The notes below the pieces were generated by a model. It ran no database searches. It had not been told where the DNA came from and saw only the letters and a list, made by a program, of their open reading frames with translations. Positions 1 to 11,601 of a stretch of DNA of 64,000 nucleotides are shown in pieces (position 1 is the first letter of the stretch; every line of letters starts with the position of its first letter). Origin of the DNA: Marsupella aquatica (lineage: Eukaryota; Plantae; Marchantiophyta). A program made the position numbers and the translations under genes. The stretch lies in assembly GCA_973895155.1 (NCBI GenBank), contig OZ316893.1, positions 22,665,844 through 22,729,843 of the forward strand. Reading direction: 5' to 3'.

Positions 1-201
1 TGACCATTGGATTTGCCCCTACTATAAGAAATTCAAAAGCTTGAGAGCATTGCAAATAAAAATTTTGAAGGTCCTATGCAAGTGAAACTCAAAACTTGAT
101 GACGGACCATGCTTTTATAGTTTGGGGTAGGTTGTGTTTGCCATGTGGCCTCAGGGGTTTCACTTCCACAAAAATGGGACATCACGTGCGACGAAGTATA
201 T

Positions 202-2550
202 TGTCAAGCGGTTGACATTGGGTCTTGACACCAAAGCTATCACTATTGGGTGCCAAAACTATCTCCTTGTACCTGAGGATCACGGAGGGATGTTGTGAAG
301 GCTGGTATACACCGGTTTATCCCCTTAACGCCAGACTATCATAGCAAGACTCTGTCACACATCACCCAAGCTCGATCCCAAAGGACCAAGGTTGGGAATC
401 AGCTCTTGCACTCATGATAGTTCTGGTGAGAAGGGGTCTTCATGTCGGGCCCATACACATAAGGCCTAGCGCTACGGTGCGCATATGTCTATACGTATGC
501 TTACTGCCATAGGTATGTTTCTATTCTGCCGCCGGAATGTACCCATAAACCAGTGACTCTGACTGATTCCCGGCTTAGGGACTTCTAAGCCATTGCCCCA
601 CCACTCTGCCATTCCACTCTCAGCAATCAGAGTTATGACAGCCCTCACCCAACCCACTTCAATGCACCCGGTACACCTCTCAGTGGCGCTGCTAGTCCCA
701 TCATACACTCAGATTGCCTCACACACACACACACATCCATGAGAGAAATGAGGCCTGAGAGGAAAACTCAATTAGATTCAATGATGTGCACAATAGTTCA
801 CTGAGAACACTTGATTTGAACAATAGTCCCAAAGGCTGTCTACTCCAGATTGCGACGTGCTCGCCCCGCAAGCCCCGTGCTTGCCATGCAAGCTCAATCC
901 TGAACCTGAGCCCGGCTCACTCCAGATTGCGACGGCAGATTGGAATCGAACCAATCCCGTACTTGCCTTGCAAACTCAATCCTGAACTCAACCTCCTTCA
1001 CTGCACTTCATTCTTGGGGGCACATACAGATCTCACACCTCCATTTCAGAATGTCAAGTTACGCATGCACAGTTGACTCGACTTCAAAGCTGGTACCAGG
1101 CCTAACGGCGATCTACCCCAGACTGCAATGAGGCCCGGCCTCATGCTTGCCCTGCAAGCTCAGCTCTGGCCATAAATCCCTTAACTAGTGCTCTCTACCA
1201 GACAAAGGCCGGGACTCCCCATGGATCACGTAGCTTTGCCAAACTGAACTGTAAATGCTCCTCCTGCTGCACCTTGATCAGTGTCTCAGCCTCCCTACTA
1301 TGCTCATCGTAAATGCAATCAAAATCCTCCCCACAGTTTACAATCACCAATACATCACCTATCACCAAGGCTCTGTATCGGGGGAAAAGAACCCAGTTGT
1401 GCTGCCCACTAGAAAGAGCCACAATCCAGCTCGCAAACCTGGCAAACCGTTGCTGTGAAGCTTGGCTTGCACAGAGCTCCTTCCTGATGCTCAGTCTACA
1501 TGAGATCACACAACTGAAGTCCCCCGGCCCCCCCGTTGCCTCTACCGGGGGTCTGCCCTATATACTCTCATATTGAGCCCAAATGGGTGGATACTACGCT
1601 GCTGGAGCCCCGTCCCAGCCCTAACAGAGCCGCCACTATCTCTAACTACTGAACCCTAACTCGCAACTTTATTTCTATTTCGAATTGGCTATGTACTTCG
1701 GATTTGGCCCTCCTCCATGGTTTTTGCGAGCTTGCGCCTCCTCTCCCGATTTCTCTATTCAACCATTTGCTGCGTGGATAGCAGCGTTGGAAGCGTCTTG
1801 AGCTCCTCTTTCCAACGAGGTCAATTATAGCCGATTTGGTCAAATACACAAAGAGTTATGCCCCCGCAACCGAGAGAGGGTACTCACTGCTGCGCTAACC
1901 CGAGTTACATAGCTAACCCGAGTTCGGCTAACCAAGATATCCTATCTAGCCCGAGTAGAGCTAAACGGTGGCCTTTGGATAATCTGCTACCCGCTAGTCT
2001 GCTAGTCAGCTAGTCTGCTATCCGCTAGTCTGCTAGTCTACTAGTTGCTAGTCCGCTAGTCTGCTAGTCTGCTATCCTGCTAGCCGCTAGTCTGCTATCC
2101 GCTAGTCTGAGCCCGAACCCGAGCTGACCTATGCTAACCCGGGCCCGAGGTCAGGCTAACCCAAACTTGGGCTAAGCCTAAGTTGAAGCCGGGCTGACCT
2201 AAGCTAAGCCGTGGCCAAGCTTAGGTTAACCCGAAACCGAAGCCAAACCCGCTAATTCCGGCCACAAGTTAACCCGACACACTAATCAGGCCGTATCTTT
2301 CTTAATACACCTCCGTTTCCCGAGTGTTTTATATCGATTTTACTCGCCTTGACCAGATCTTTCCAATGCTCTTTACAGATCCGGATTTGGCGACACATTG
2401 AAAGAGATACGATCGCCAACCACCTGCGACATATGATTGCCCTTATTCTTGCCATCTCGTTGATCGTTCTACAGTCTCACAGTTACTTACTGTGCACAGC
2501 ATACCAATTCCATCGTATTATTGAATAAGGACCATGTCACCGGCGTCACA
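202..2550 (-). mobile_element. Ty3/Gypsy-type solo LTR (~2.35 kb)
   Basis: Begins TGTCAAGC and ends GGCGTCACA, flanked by a 5-bp TSD TATAT (197-201, 2551-2555). No gag/pol. A minus-strand TATA (~1559-1564) is followed by CCCCCGGTAGAGGCA, a motif shared with the 3668-7614 element. Orientation is inferred from this motif. Confidence 0.75.
1975..2280. repeat. Minisatellite inside the solo LTR: (CTGCTAGT)n-like units followed by ~10-11 bp GCTAACCCGA-like units
   Basis: Visible tandem units ctgctagt/ccgctagt at 1980-2110, then gctaaccc/gctaagcc variants. Confidence 0.85.
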
Positions 2551-4561
2551 TATATGGTCATTTTATTGATTCAAAGGGAAGACATAAGAATTTTTTGAGA
2601 AGAACAATAGGGTCTTTTAAATCAAAATTTGAGACTTATAAGAACATTAGGGTCCTTATAACCAAAATTTTGGAATATTCCAACTTTATAGGGGTTGAAA
2701 AATAATTTTTTTCTTACATTTTAGGGGGTCTGAGGCCTAAAAATGTTGCAGGTGATGGGGAGGTATCCATATAGTGAGACCCCCGAGCATGTGGCGTAGC
2801 CTGATTGGTTTTCACTAATCAACAAAACTGGGGGCTCACTATATGAAGGGTCATACATCACGTGCGACGGTTTGGGTCATTTATGGGCCCCTAAGTCACT
2901 TTCTATAAAGTTGTACGACACCAATAATGTGATGACACATATGCATTTTGCAATTAAAAAACCCTATATTTCCATAATTGACGACTTAATAAGTCTTCCG
3001 CCAAAACCATTTAAATGACCCTGTACTTTGTCGCACGTGATGTGCCACTTCCATGGAAGTGAACCCCCCCCCCCGAGCAACAAAATAAAGATATGATCTG
3101 GTTTCCAAAATTTGAGAGTAGTATGATTGAGGTATCATGGTTGGAATTACCCTCAATGTTTTGTTTCTAGTGACAGATAGACTGACCATGTGTTTTGAGA
3201 GGAGGTTTATTTGTGTCCGCAAGAATTCTGATCCATGGATCATGACTATAATTCCTCTCAAGGTTTGGAGGAGTAGATGGGGGATTTGAAAATCATTTAA
3301 AGCATGTAAATGGATTGGGATCATGGTTGGGATTTGGTTTGATGGTTTGCTCCAGTGTTGGGCGGGTATAGGGTTTTCCTTATGCCAGCCAAGTAAAGGT
3401 ATAGTGGACATCCCTGGCCTGCAAGGTATGGTATTGGACTGGTATATAAGGTTCCCAAAAATCTTCAAAATATAGAGGTATATTAAAATGTAAATTCTTA
3501 AATTATAGACTAGATATAGTTATAGAGTTTAGATAGGAATATACTAGGGTAATAAGGGCATAGTTAAAGGTATAGTAAATTGAGACCTACATGTTAGGTA
3601 TTGCTCTTAGTCTTGTGACTCTTGAGCTAACCACAACTAGGCTAACTCAGGTTAGGACTTAGCTAAGTGTCACGTCGTCGGCTTCGGCCTTAACTCGGGC
3701 TTTGGCTTAGACGGGCACATCCTTCGTAACAATGAGGGTTCGGGCAAGGAGGGAAGCATGTAATGCACCTAATTCGTGTAAACTAGCGCTAAGTGCGCCT
3801 ACTGTTAGATACAGACACATCCTAGGTATGGTTTGTGTTCCAACGCCGGAACGTACCTTAGTCGATAGCAGGATCGACCCCGGCTTAAGGGCTTCTAAAC
3901 CTTCGTGCTGTCCGCCTTCGATCCGGATTCGATGATACAGGTCCTCAACCCGTGCTCGCAACCATTTACCCGCAAGTTGCACCCTGTGCACGACTCGGGT
4001 AGTGCGTTCGGCTCGGCATTGTCGCCTATACACGAGATTCACACTTACATATACACGCACAAGCATACAATCTCGATTTACACAAAGGAAATAGTGGGAA
4101 AGGATTTTACTACAAAGGGGACATATGCGTACACTTGATTGACCCGACAGCCCTGGAGTGAACAGGTTCAAGGCCGAGGGTGTACACTACAACGGAGCCC
4201 GGCTCCGCACTCGCCCAGCAAGCTTAGTCCTACCCCCTCCCCTTGATACTCTTCCACTCCCAGAGGTCGGGACTCCTCGCACATACCGCGGATGTCCAAG
4301 TTGAGACTAAAAATCCCCTGCCTCTACCGGGGGGTGCACTAAATACTAAGGGCCAAGGAACGGGGTGGCCTCCCGTCCGAAGATTGGCTGACTAAGGTCC
4401 TAACTAAGCTGACTGTCAGGCCGAAAAACGGTTGTGTCTTATTAGAAGATCCTAATCTACGCAGGCTGGACAACATGGCAGTGCTGCTGTAACTAAGGCA
4501 GGTGCCTGTCCCAATAGCCTGACTTAGCTATTCCTAACCCTATTCTATTCCTACTCCGTCG

Positions 4562-6566
4562 CTAATGTCTGGCACGCTTGCCAGAGCCGCCCAAGTGGGA
4601 GCGGTCATCCCGCTGCTTGCAAAGTCTGTCGTTGTCCGACTTGAGGAGCTGGACTTGGTCTAGCAGAGATTCGTTCTCTCGCTTTGCCGCGTCTGTCTCC
4701 TCCGCTACCTCCTGGCATGCCTCCTCCAGCTGCTGGGCGTCGCTCGTCAGCTTGCCCACCAACTGGTCCTGCTTCTCGGCTTCAGTTTGAAGCCGCGCTA
4801 CTTCGGCTTGTAGCATGGCTATCTCCGTAGTGTCCCGCTGGGCCCGTTCTTCGGCCTCCTCCAAGTCTTTCTGCCAGATGACAGTTTGATTCTTCAAATT
4901 GTCAATCTGGGACCGAAGCCGTGAAATCTCGGCCTCATTCCCAGCCTTGGCCTGTTCGGCTAGGGCGGTAAGGGCATGCGCCTTTGCTAACAACTCATCG
5001 GCGGCTGCAACCTTGGGTTGTAGTTGCAAAAGCTCAGCCTCTTGAGTTGCCACTTTGTTCTTTAAGTATACGGACTCCACCCGGTACCGCTCTATCCTCT
5101 GAAGGGCCTCTGACTGGGCTCGACCTGCCTTTACTGCGGCAACTAACTCCTGATTGAAGAAACAGGCTACCTTCCGGGCCATGAACTCCCCAGTATCCCG
5201 GGCAATCTGTTGAGAGAAATCTCCCAAAAGCCCGTTCAGAAATGTACCTGGTACGAAGAGTTCCGGGTGGTCCAGGTTGTGCCTGTCCGGATTTGGGCAT
5301 GGGCAGACGTCAACACGTGCGGGGGCCGGGGTAGTGACATCCAGCCCTGGAGACGTAGTGTTGGAAGGGGCTGGAGTGTCCTCCTCCAGCAACGTCCGGT
5401 CCTCTAGAATAACCCCCAGTGGGTCTTTGGGAAACCCAGGCTCGAGTAAGGCCTCAGCGGTCTCGACTTTTGTACTTGGCCCGGCCTGGTTGATCGTATC
5501 TACGGCTGCGATTACCGACCCATCCGGTACCTCCTTGGCCACGGCTACAGCTACCTGTGGGGGTGGGGTGGGTGAAGCATGCGTGGCCGTTGGACTTCGG
5601 GCCTCGGGTTGGGGCCGTCTCTCCAAGGCCGGGAAAACCCACCTAGCTGGAACCAGTTTAGTTACGTTGACACGGGGAAGGGTTTGTTGATCAAACCGGG
5701 CATACCACTCAAGAATGATCTCGATGTGGCTTGCGAAACACGCCTTTCCGCCAATGTATAGCGTCTTTCTTCGCCGCTCCATCTCTTCATGGAATTTCTT
5801 AGCAAAGTACGATGCCCACCTCCTAGGTCGATAGTTCTCGACCTGGATAACCTGGGCAAGAGAAGATCTCACCCCGGGGTTCCATCATGTGGAGGGCGTA
5901 CCATTGGAACTCCAGTCGCTCAGCTATCTCGGGGATGAGGCAAGTCCTCATCACAAACCCGTTGTCCACTGATCCCTCAGAGGGAAAACCCGAGGATTGG
6001 TACTTGGCTCCCTTGCCCCCGAGAGCCCGTGATTCGATGCGGTAGTCACCTTCGGGTAACCCAAAGATCATCTTGAGCCTTTCTTCCGTGAGGGACATAT
6101 TCCTTCCCCGTAGCCGAGTATGTTGACGGGCATCGTCATAATTCTTGACGAATTCCGTCTTATCATCCCCGTAGTACTTGCAAGTGTTCCAGGGGAGAGA
6201 GGTGAGGTGCTCGAATCCCTGAGTTTTTAGGTACACCGCATGCTTGGGATGGAGGATGTTTTTATGCACGTTTTCCCCCATGCGGTGCATGGTCACCTTG
6301 GCCGTGGCTACCGTGACCATGGGTAACCCGGATGCAACAGCGGGCTCCTTCCTCTTCTTTCCCCGTGACTGGCTCGGGGAGGGTGACACCTCCCCATCCT
6401 CTTGATCGGGTATAGGTAATGCCACCGCCGTTGGTATTGGTGTCGGGGTGGCCACGGTCACCGCGTTGTCTGCTAGAGCCGCTCCTCGGGGCCGCCTGAG
6501 CAAAGGAGGGGTAGCCTCATCGTCGTCGCTAAGGTCCACAACGTTGATGATGGAGCGCACTTGCAC
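4562..6566 (-). CDS. Retrotransposon accessory protein: plant-transposon-protein-like domain, Pro-rich linker and long coiled coil. Split by one frameshift near 5860-5875.
   Basis: The 247-aa and 436-aa ORFs overlap at 5823-5872. Motifs EFVKNY..RLRGRNMSLTEERLKMIFGLP and WASYF resemble accessory ORFs of Athila/Tat-type Gypsy elements. Basic NLS-like RGKKRK. The C-terminal ~190 aa is a heptad coiled coil. Confidence 0.6.
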
Positions 6567-6629
6567 TGGCGGGACGATCAGTGGTGGGGGTTGGCTAGGC
6601 TGAGGCTGAGTCTGAAGCTGAGCCTGAGC

Positions 6630-7142
6630 CTACATTGGCCCGGGTACGGGTATGGGGTCGACTGGCCCGGCGCCGGTGGTTGAGGGTCTAGTTCCCATGA
6701 AGTTCTGCAGGTGCTGGCAGAGTAGCTCCGAAGCAAGTACAAAGGGCCTTGGAGACTGGGTAGTGCTGAACGTGTTGTTGATGCTAGCCTGGACCCGAGC
6801 AGGGATGTGGTCGAAGTGATGCCGTTGCAAGTCGATCGTGCCCGGGATATTGAAGACTTCGTCCAGAAGTCGAAGCAAAGCTTCCCAAAACCCGATATAT
6901 TTGTCTCCATTGAAGAAATACCCTACTACCTCTGCTGGTCGGTAAAGCTCGCTCTGAGACGGGTAGCCAAAGTTAAAGATACAATGGTGTCGTGTTGCTA
7001 GGCGGATGGCTCTCTCGTACTCGCATTCGATTTTGAATTGGCGCGGGTTGGCGTGTTCCAATGAGTCGGCCAAGTGTCTTCCGGTAGATAGGAACTGCAT
7101 CCAGAATCGTAGGGCCGAACTGGAGAGGATCGTGTGCGACAT
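6630..7142 (-). CDS. Hypothetical 170-aa protein in the solo LTR
   Basis: ATG-initiated ORF ~100 bp downstream of a minus-strand TATAAAAG (~7239-7246), co-oriented with the downstream ORFs. No recognised family. Confidence 0.45.
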   Translation of the reverse strand: MSHTILSSSALRFWMQFLSTGRHLADSLEHANPRQFKIECEYERAIRLATRHHCIFNFGYPSQSELYRPAEVVGYFFNGDKYIGFWEALLRLLDEVFNIPGTIDLQRHHFDHIPARVQASINNTFSTTQSPRPFVLASELLCQHLQNFMGTRPSTTGAGPVDPIPVPGPM

Positions 7143-7827
7143 TCAGAGGAGAAAGCAGTGACGACTAAAAGGGAGAGAGTTGGGGTCGAAGCTGGCGTGT
7201 GGACTGAATGACTGGTGCACTTGCAAAGGATCGGCCCCCTTTTATACCCTGAGAGCTCGTCGATCACCCAAAGCCTTCTCATTGCTTATAGGCCGAACCT
7301 CTCACGCTTGCAGTGTACCGGCTACTCCGCCGGTCCGAGTCAGCGCGTGACAGTGGCCGCCTCCCGAAGTTTGTTATACGGACCCGAGGGGCGGGGCAGG
7401 GGGCCCATTACACGATCGCAACCTGGGCGTGCGAATAGCGACGCGCCGCCAGCCCGAACATGAATTCCCTTTATTGACTAATGATTTTCTACTCATAATG
7501 GCTACCTAAATATTGTCGTTATGCTAATGATAGCGGCCTAAGATACCCCTAACGCGCGTGCTAAGCATGGTTTAGGCAGAATCACTCATTACTCGCCGTA
7601 CCGGCGGCGTCACACTAAGGTTAGCGGTAGTGCTGTTGTGTATATAGCCAGGGCTGGTGCCAGTCCCTGGTGGATCTTCAATTCATTGTTGGAGTTGAGC
7701 AAGAGAGAAGTAAAGGCTTGTGGACGTAGCCTCGGTCATGAGGTGAACCATAGACTCACTGTGTTGACTACTTTGTATGGTGTTCTCATGTGCATGGTGT
7801 CTTGGGATAGGGATTATCCCCAACAAG

Positions 7828-7839
7828 TGGTATCAGAGC
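7828..7839 (+). promoter_or_regulatory. Primer-binding site (tRNA-iMet) of the copia element
   Basis: TGGTATCAGAGC 2 nt after the LTR end (...CAACA). Confidence 0.92.
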
Positions 7840-7943
7840 ATGTCAGGGAGGTGACATCGTGGTGACAAGAGTTTTCTTGGTGCGGCGTGCAGTGGAGGAA
7901 GTTGTTCTACTATCAGAGCTGTTGATAGTTGGGAAGAAGAGAG

Positions 7944-10856
7944 ATGGCAAGATTTGGAGGAGTGAAGTTTGAGGTGGAGAAGTACGACAGCCGTACTGAT
8001 TACTTGCTATGGGAGAAGCAAGTAAAGGGTGTTCTTCATGCCATGGGCTTAGATCATCTGCTCTCTATGCGAGAGCAGTATGATGGAGAGGAGGAGATTT
8101 CTATGAAGTAGTGGAGACGGGAGCAGGTGATTGCTGTCAATGCGGTGATACTTTACCTCAAGCCGCATATAATCAAGAAGCTAGATGATTATGCGGATTG
8201 CGCATCACTCTTCAAGGCCACATGAAGAGAGATTGTCGGGTAAAGAACAGCTAATGCGGCATCCAGCGCACATGAGGTAGATTTACTCGATGATGATATT
8301 TTGTGATGCCATTACTTTGCCCTCAACGTAGTATCACATTAGGGAGATGATGGTTGGATACTAGATAGTGTTTGTAACTTTCACATTTGCTATAGGAGAG
8401 AGTTTTTCAGTTCTTACACAGTTTCCAACGGTTCAGTGTGGATGGGAAATGGAATCCCATGCCAAGTAGTTGGACTTGGATCTGTGAGATTACAGATGTT
8501 TGATGGTGTTGTAAGAACAATGTGGAATGTGAGACATATTCCTGGCATAATGAAAAATCTGATTTCACTTGGAATGTTAGAAGAAAATGGCCATTAGTGG
8601 AGTTTTGCTAATGGTGTCCTTTAGGTTTCAACCGGTACTAAGGTTGTGTTGAAGGGAAAGAGGCACAAAAATCTTTATGTTTTGGAGGGCAGAGTAGTAC
8701 ATGTGATGAAGCCAATATAACCTTATCTCATAAAGAGACGGCCTGGCTGTGGCACTTCCGGCTAGGTCACATGAGTGAAAAAGGTTTGGCTGTACTTCTA
8801 AAAAGAGGTTTGATTTCTAATTTGCAGTCTAGTAAGTTAGATTTATGTGAGCATTGTGTGCTTGGGAAGCAGCACAAGAAACCCTTTGGAGTTGGAACTC
8901 ACACCAGCAAGGAGGTACTTGAGTATGTACATAGTGATGTGTGGGGACCAACCCCTACTCCCTCACACTCTGGATGGTTATACTATGTCACGTTCATAGA
9001 TGATTACTCAAGGTATGTGTGGATCTACTTTCTCCATAACAAGTCTGATGTTTTTGCCACATTTAAGGAGTGGAAAGCCCAAGTTGAGAATCAGACTGGT
9101 AACAAGGTGAGATATCTTCGATCGGATAATGGCAATGAATATGGTTCCGGGGAATCTGGAACGTACTGTAAGGAGCAGGGGATTACACGCCATCTCACAA
9201 CAAGTTATACTCCTAAGCAAAATGGTGTTTCTAAGAGGCTCAACCGAACACTATTGGAATGCTCGAGGAGTATGTTGAGTCAATCATGCTCACCACATGA
9301 GTTTTGGGCTGAAGTTGTCAACACTACAGCTTATTTGGTAAATTTCTCTCCATCAAGTTCTATTGGATTCAAGACGCCATTTGAAATGAGGTACGGGCGT
9401 CCAGCAGATTACTCACATTTGAGGATTTTTGGATGTGATGCTTATGTGCTTACACCTTCCCAGCTTCGATCCAAGTTGGAGTCCTAGTCGAAGAAGTGCA
9501 TTTTCCTTGGCTATCAGAAAGGTGTGAAGGGTTACTTATAGGTTATGGGATCCAGTGACCTGTAAGCTAATTGTCAGTAGAGATGTGTCCTTTAATGAAT
9601 CCAGATCATCAAAGGAGGGGGAGAATTCTCAAGGCTCTCATACTGACGAGAGAAAATCTCTCATCCCGGACCGGGTTGAGGGAGAGATTAATCATGATGA
9701 TGTTCATGACAGGAGAGATGGAGAAGCTCCGGGTATGGAGCTGGTTTCTATGATGGAACAAGAGGAGCAGATTGTTCCTGGGGTACCTCAAATTCAGCCA
9801 GCAGCAGCAACAGATCAGCATGAATCATCTACTAGAAGAACTTCCAGTCATTCTACTAGAGCTCCTACTAGGTATGGTCAATGGGCAGACTCATCTAAGC
9901 TAGATGATATCAACATTGCACCTGATGATGATGATATGGCTTTGATCTTGGAAGAAGGAGAGCCTTCTTCGTACAATGAGGCTTGTGCTTCAGAGCAAAA
10001 GCATGAGCGGAATGCAGCAATGCAGAGGGAGTTGCAATCTTTGAGTGACAACAAGACATGGGAGCTAGTGGAGCTTCGAAGAGGTCAGCAAGTGGTGGAC
10101 AGCAAGTGGATTTGCAAGTTGAAGGACAGTTCTTCAGAGGGTGGAGACAAGATCTACAAGGCAAGGCTTGTTGCCAAGGGATTCACATAGGAGAAAGGAA
10201 TGGATTACAATGAGGTCTTTTCACCGATGGCTAAGTATTCCACAATTCGGATCTTGCGTTAGCTTGTTGTGTTTTTTGGTCTGGTGATGGATCAGATGGA
10301 CATTGTTACTGCTTTTCTCTATGGCAACTTGGAAGAGATGATCTTCATGAGACAGCCAGTAGGCTTTATGAAGAAGAGCCAAGAGAATTTAGTTTGAAGA
10401 TTGCTCAAGTCCTTGTATGGATTGAAGCAAGCTCCTAGAGAGTGGAACAAGCGGTTTGATGATTTCATGCTTGCTCAAGGTTTTACAAGGATGATGTATG
10501 ATCCTTGTGTGTATACAAAATGAGTCAAAAATGATGTGTTTGGTTTCATCATTCTGGTTCTCTATGTGGATGACATGCTGATTGTGGCTTAAGATCAATC
10601 TGAGGTTGACAGACTCAAGGCAAAATTGAGTTTTGAATTCAGGATGAAGGATCTTAGGAATGGAGATTTTTAGGAACTCTGATACTGGACAGTTGTGCTT
10701 GAATCAAGGCAAGTATGCGAGGAAGGTACTTGCACGATTCAACATGCCTTGGAGGATTGTAAGCCAGTGAGAATTCCTTTAGCCTCACATTTCAAGTTAT
10801 CATTGGCTTTCTCTCCTACGGATGCTGTGGAGAAAGGTTTGATGGCTAAGATTCCT
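7944..10856 (+). pseudogene. Copia gag-pol pseudogene: partial gag, protease, integrase and RT, truncated by the CACTA insertion
   Basis: gag start MARFGGVKFEVEKYD; protease WILDS at ~8355; integrase CEHC, HSDVWG, FIDDYSR, RSDNG; RT YKARLVAKGF, YGLKQAPR, YVDDML. Many stops and frameshifts. Confidence 0.93.
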
Positions 10857-11601
10857 CACTAGTACATTTTTGGCAATTTTCAATACTCCTTTTGAGCCAA
10901 ACGTCACCCATCCCATGACGAACACTTCGGACAATATTCGATGTGCCCTGCAATGTATTTTCCGATCCTGATCCCATCGGACCTGCCAATTCTGATATAA
11001 AACCCATCGCATGTCCCGTCGTACTACTATCGGACAGTCTCCGATGCTAAACATATCGGAAACTATGTCGCCATGACCGCATAATGCGTTCGAACCTTAA
11101 TGCATCGCAAGATGTTTGCGTTGGTAGTTGTATTGGACGGGGACCATCATGGAATGCATCGGATATTTATGTCCGTTGGGTTTAGGGTCGGATATTTTGT
11201 GCGTAAAAAGTTATGTCAGACATTGTCCATCGGATGTTGGATCGGATACCTCGTCAACAAAGGAGGAGAAGGTGTCCGTTGTGGAGAGGATCGAAAATGT
11301 GTGTCCGATGGGTTTTAGATGGAATAGTCCATAGTTGGGAGTATCGGAAAGTCTGGTTTCTATTTTTAGAAGGTGCGATCAAAATCCAATGGCTTTTTCA
11401 TGGGACGGTCAATGGGACATAAGGCGGGGGGGTTCTTAGGAAGGGTATATAAGGTAAGGACACTTCTATATATAACCAAGAGATTTTGGGCATGTGCATA
11501 CCATGACAATTAAAGAAGTAATGATGCCAACTTTTATATTGCTGATTAAAAAAAACATGAAGGTGGTGTGGTTGGGGGGGCCTAGCTACATACAAAATAT
11601 A

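Larger units (their letters stand above)
3668..7614 (-). mobile_element. Large Gypsy-type solo LTR (~3.95 kb) carrying ORFs, inserted in the copia 5' LTR
   Basis: Termini TGTCACG...GGCGTCACA with TSD CTAAG (3663-3667, 7615-7619). Removing it restores a contiguous copia LTR. No terminal direct repeat, PBS or pol seen inside. Shares the GCCTCTACCGGGGG motif and one terminus with 202-2550. Confidence 0.8.

Noticed and set aside
2986-3468. 160-aa minus-strand ORF
   Set aside because: Low-complexity composition in repeat-like DNA flanking the copia insertion, with no domain motif.
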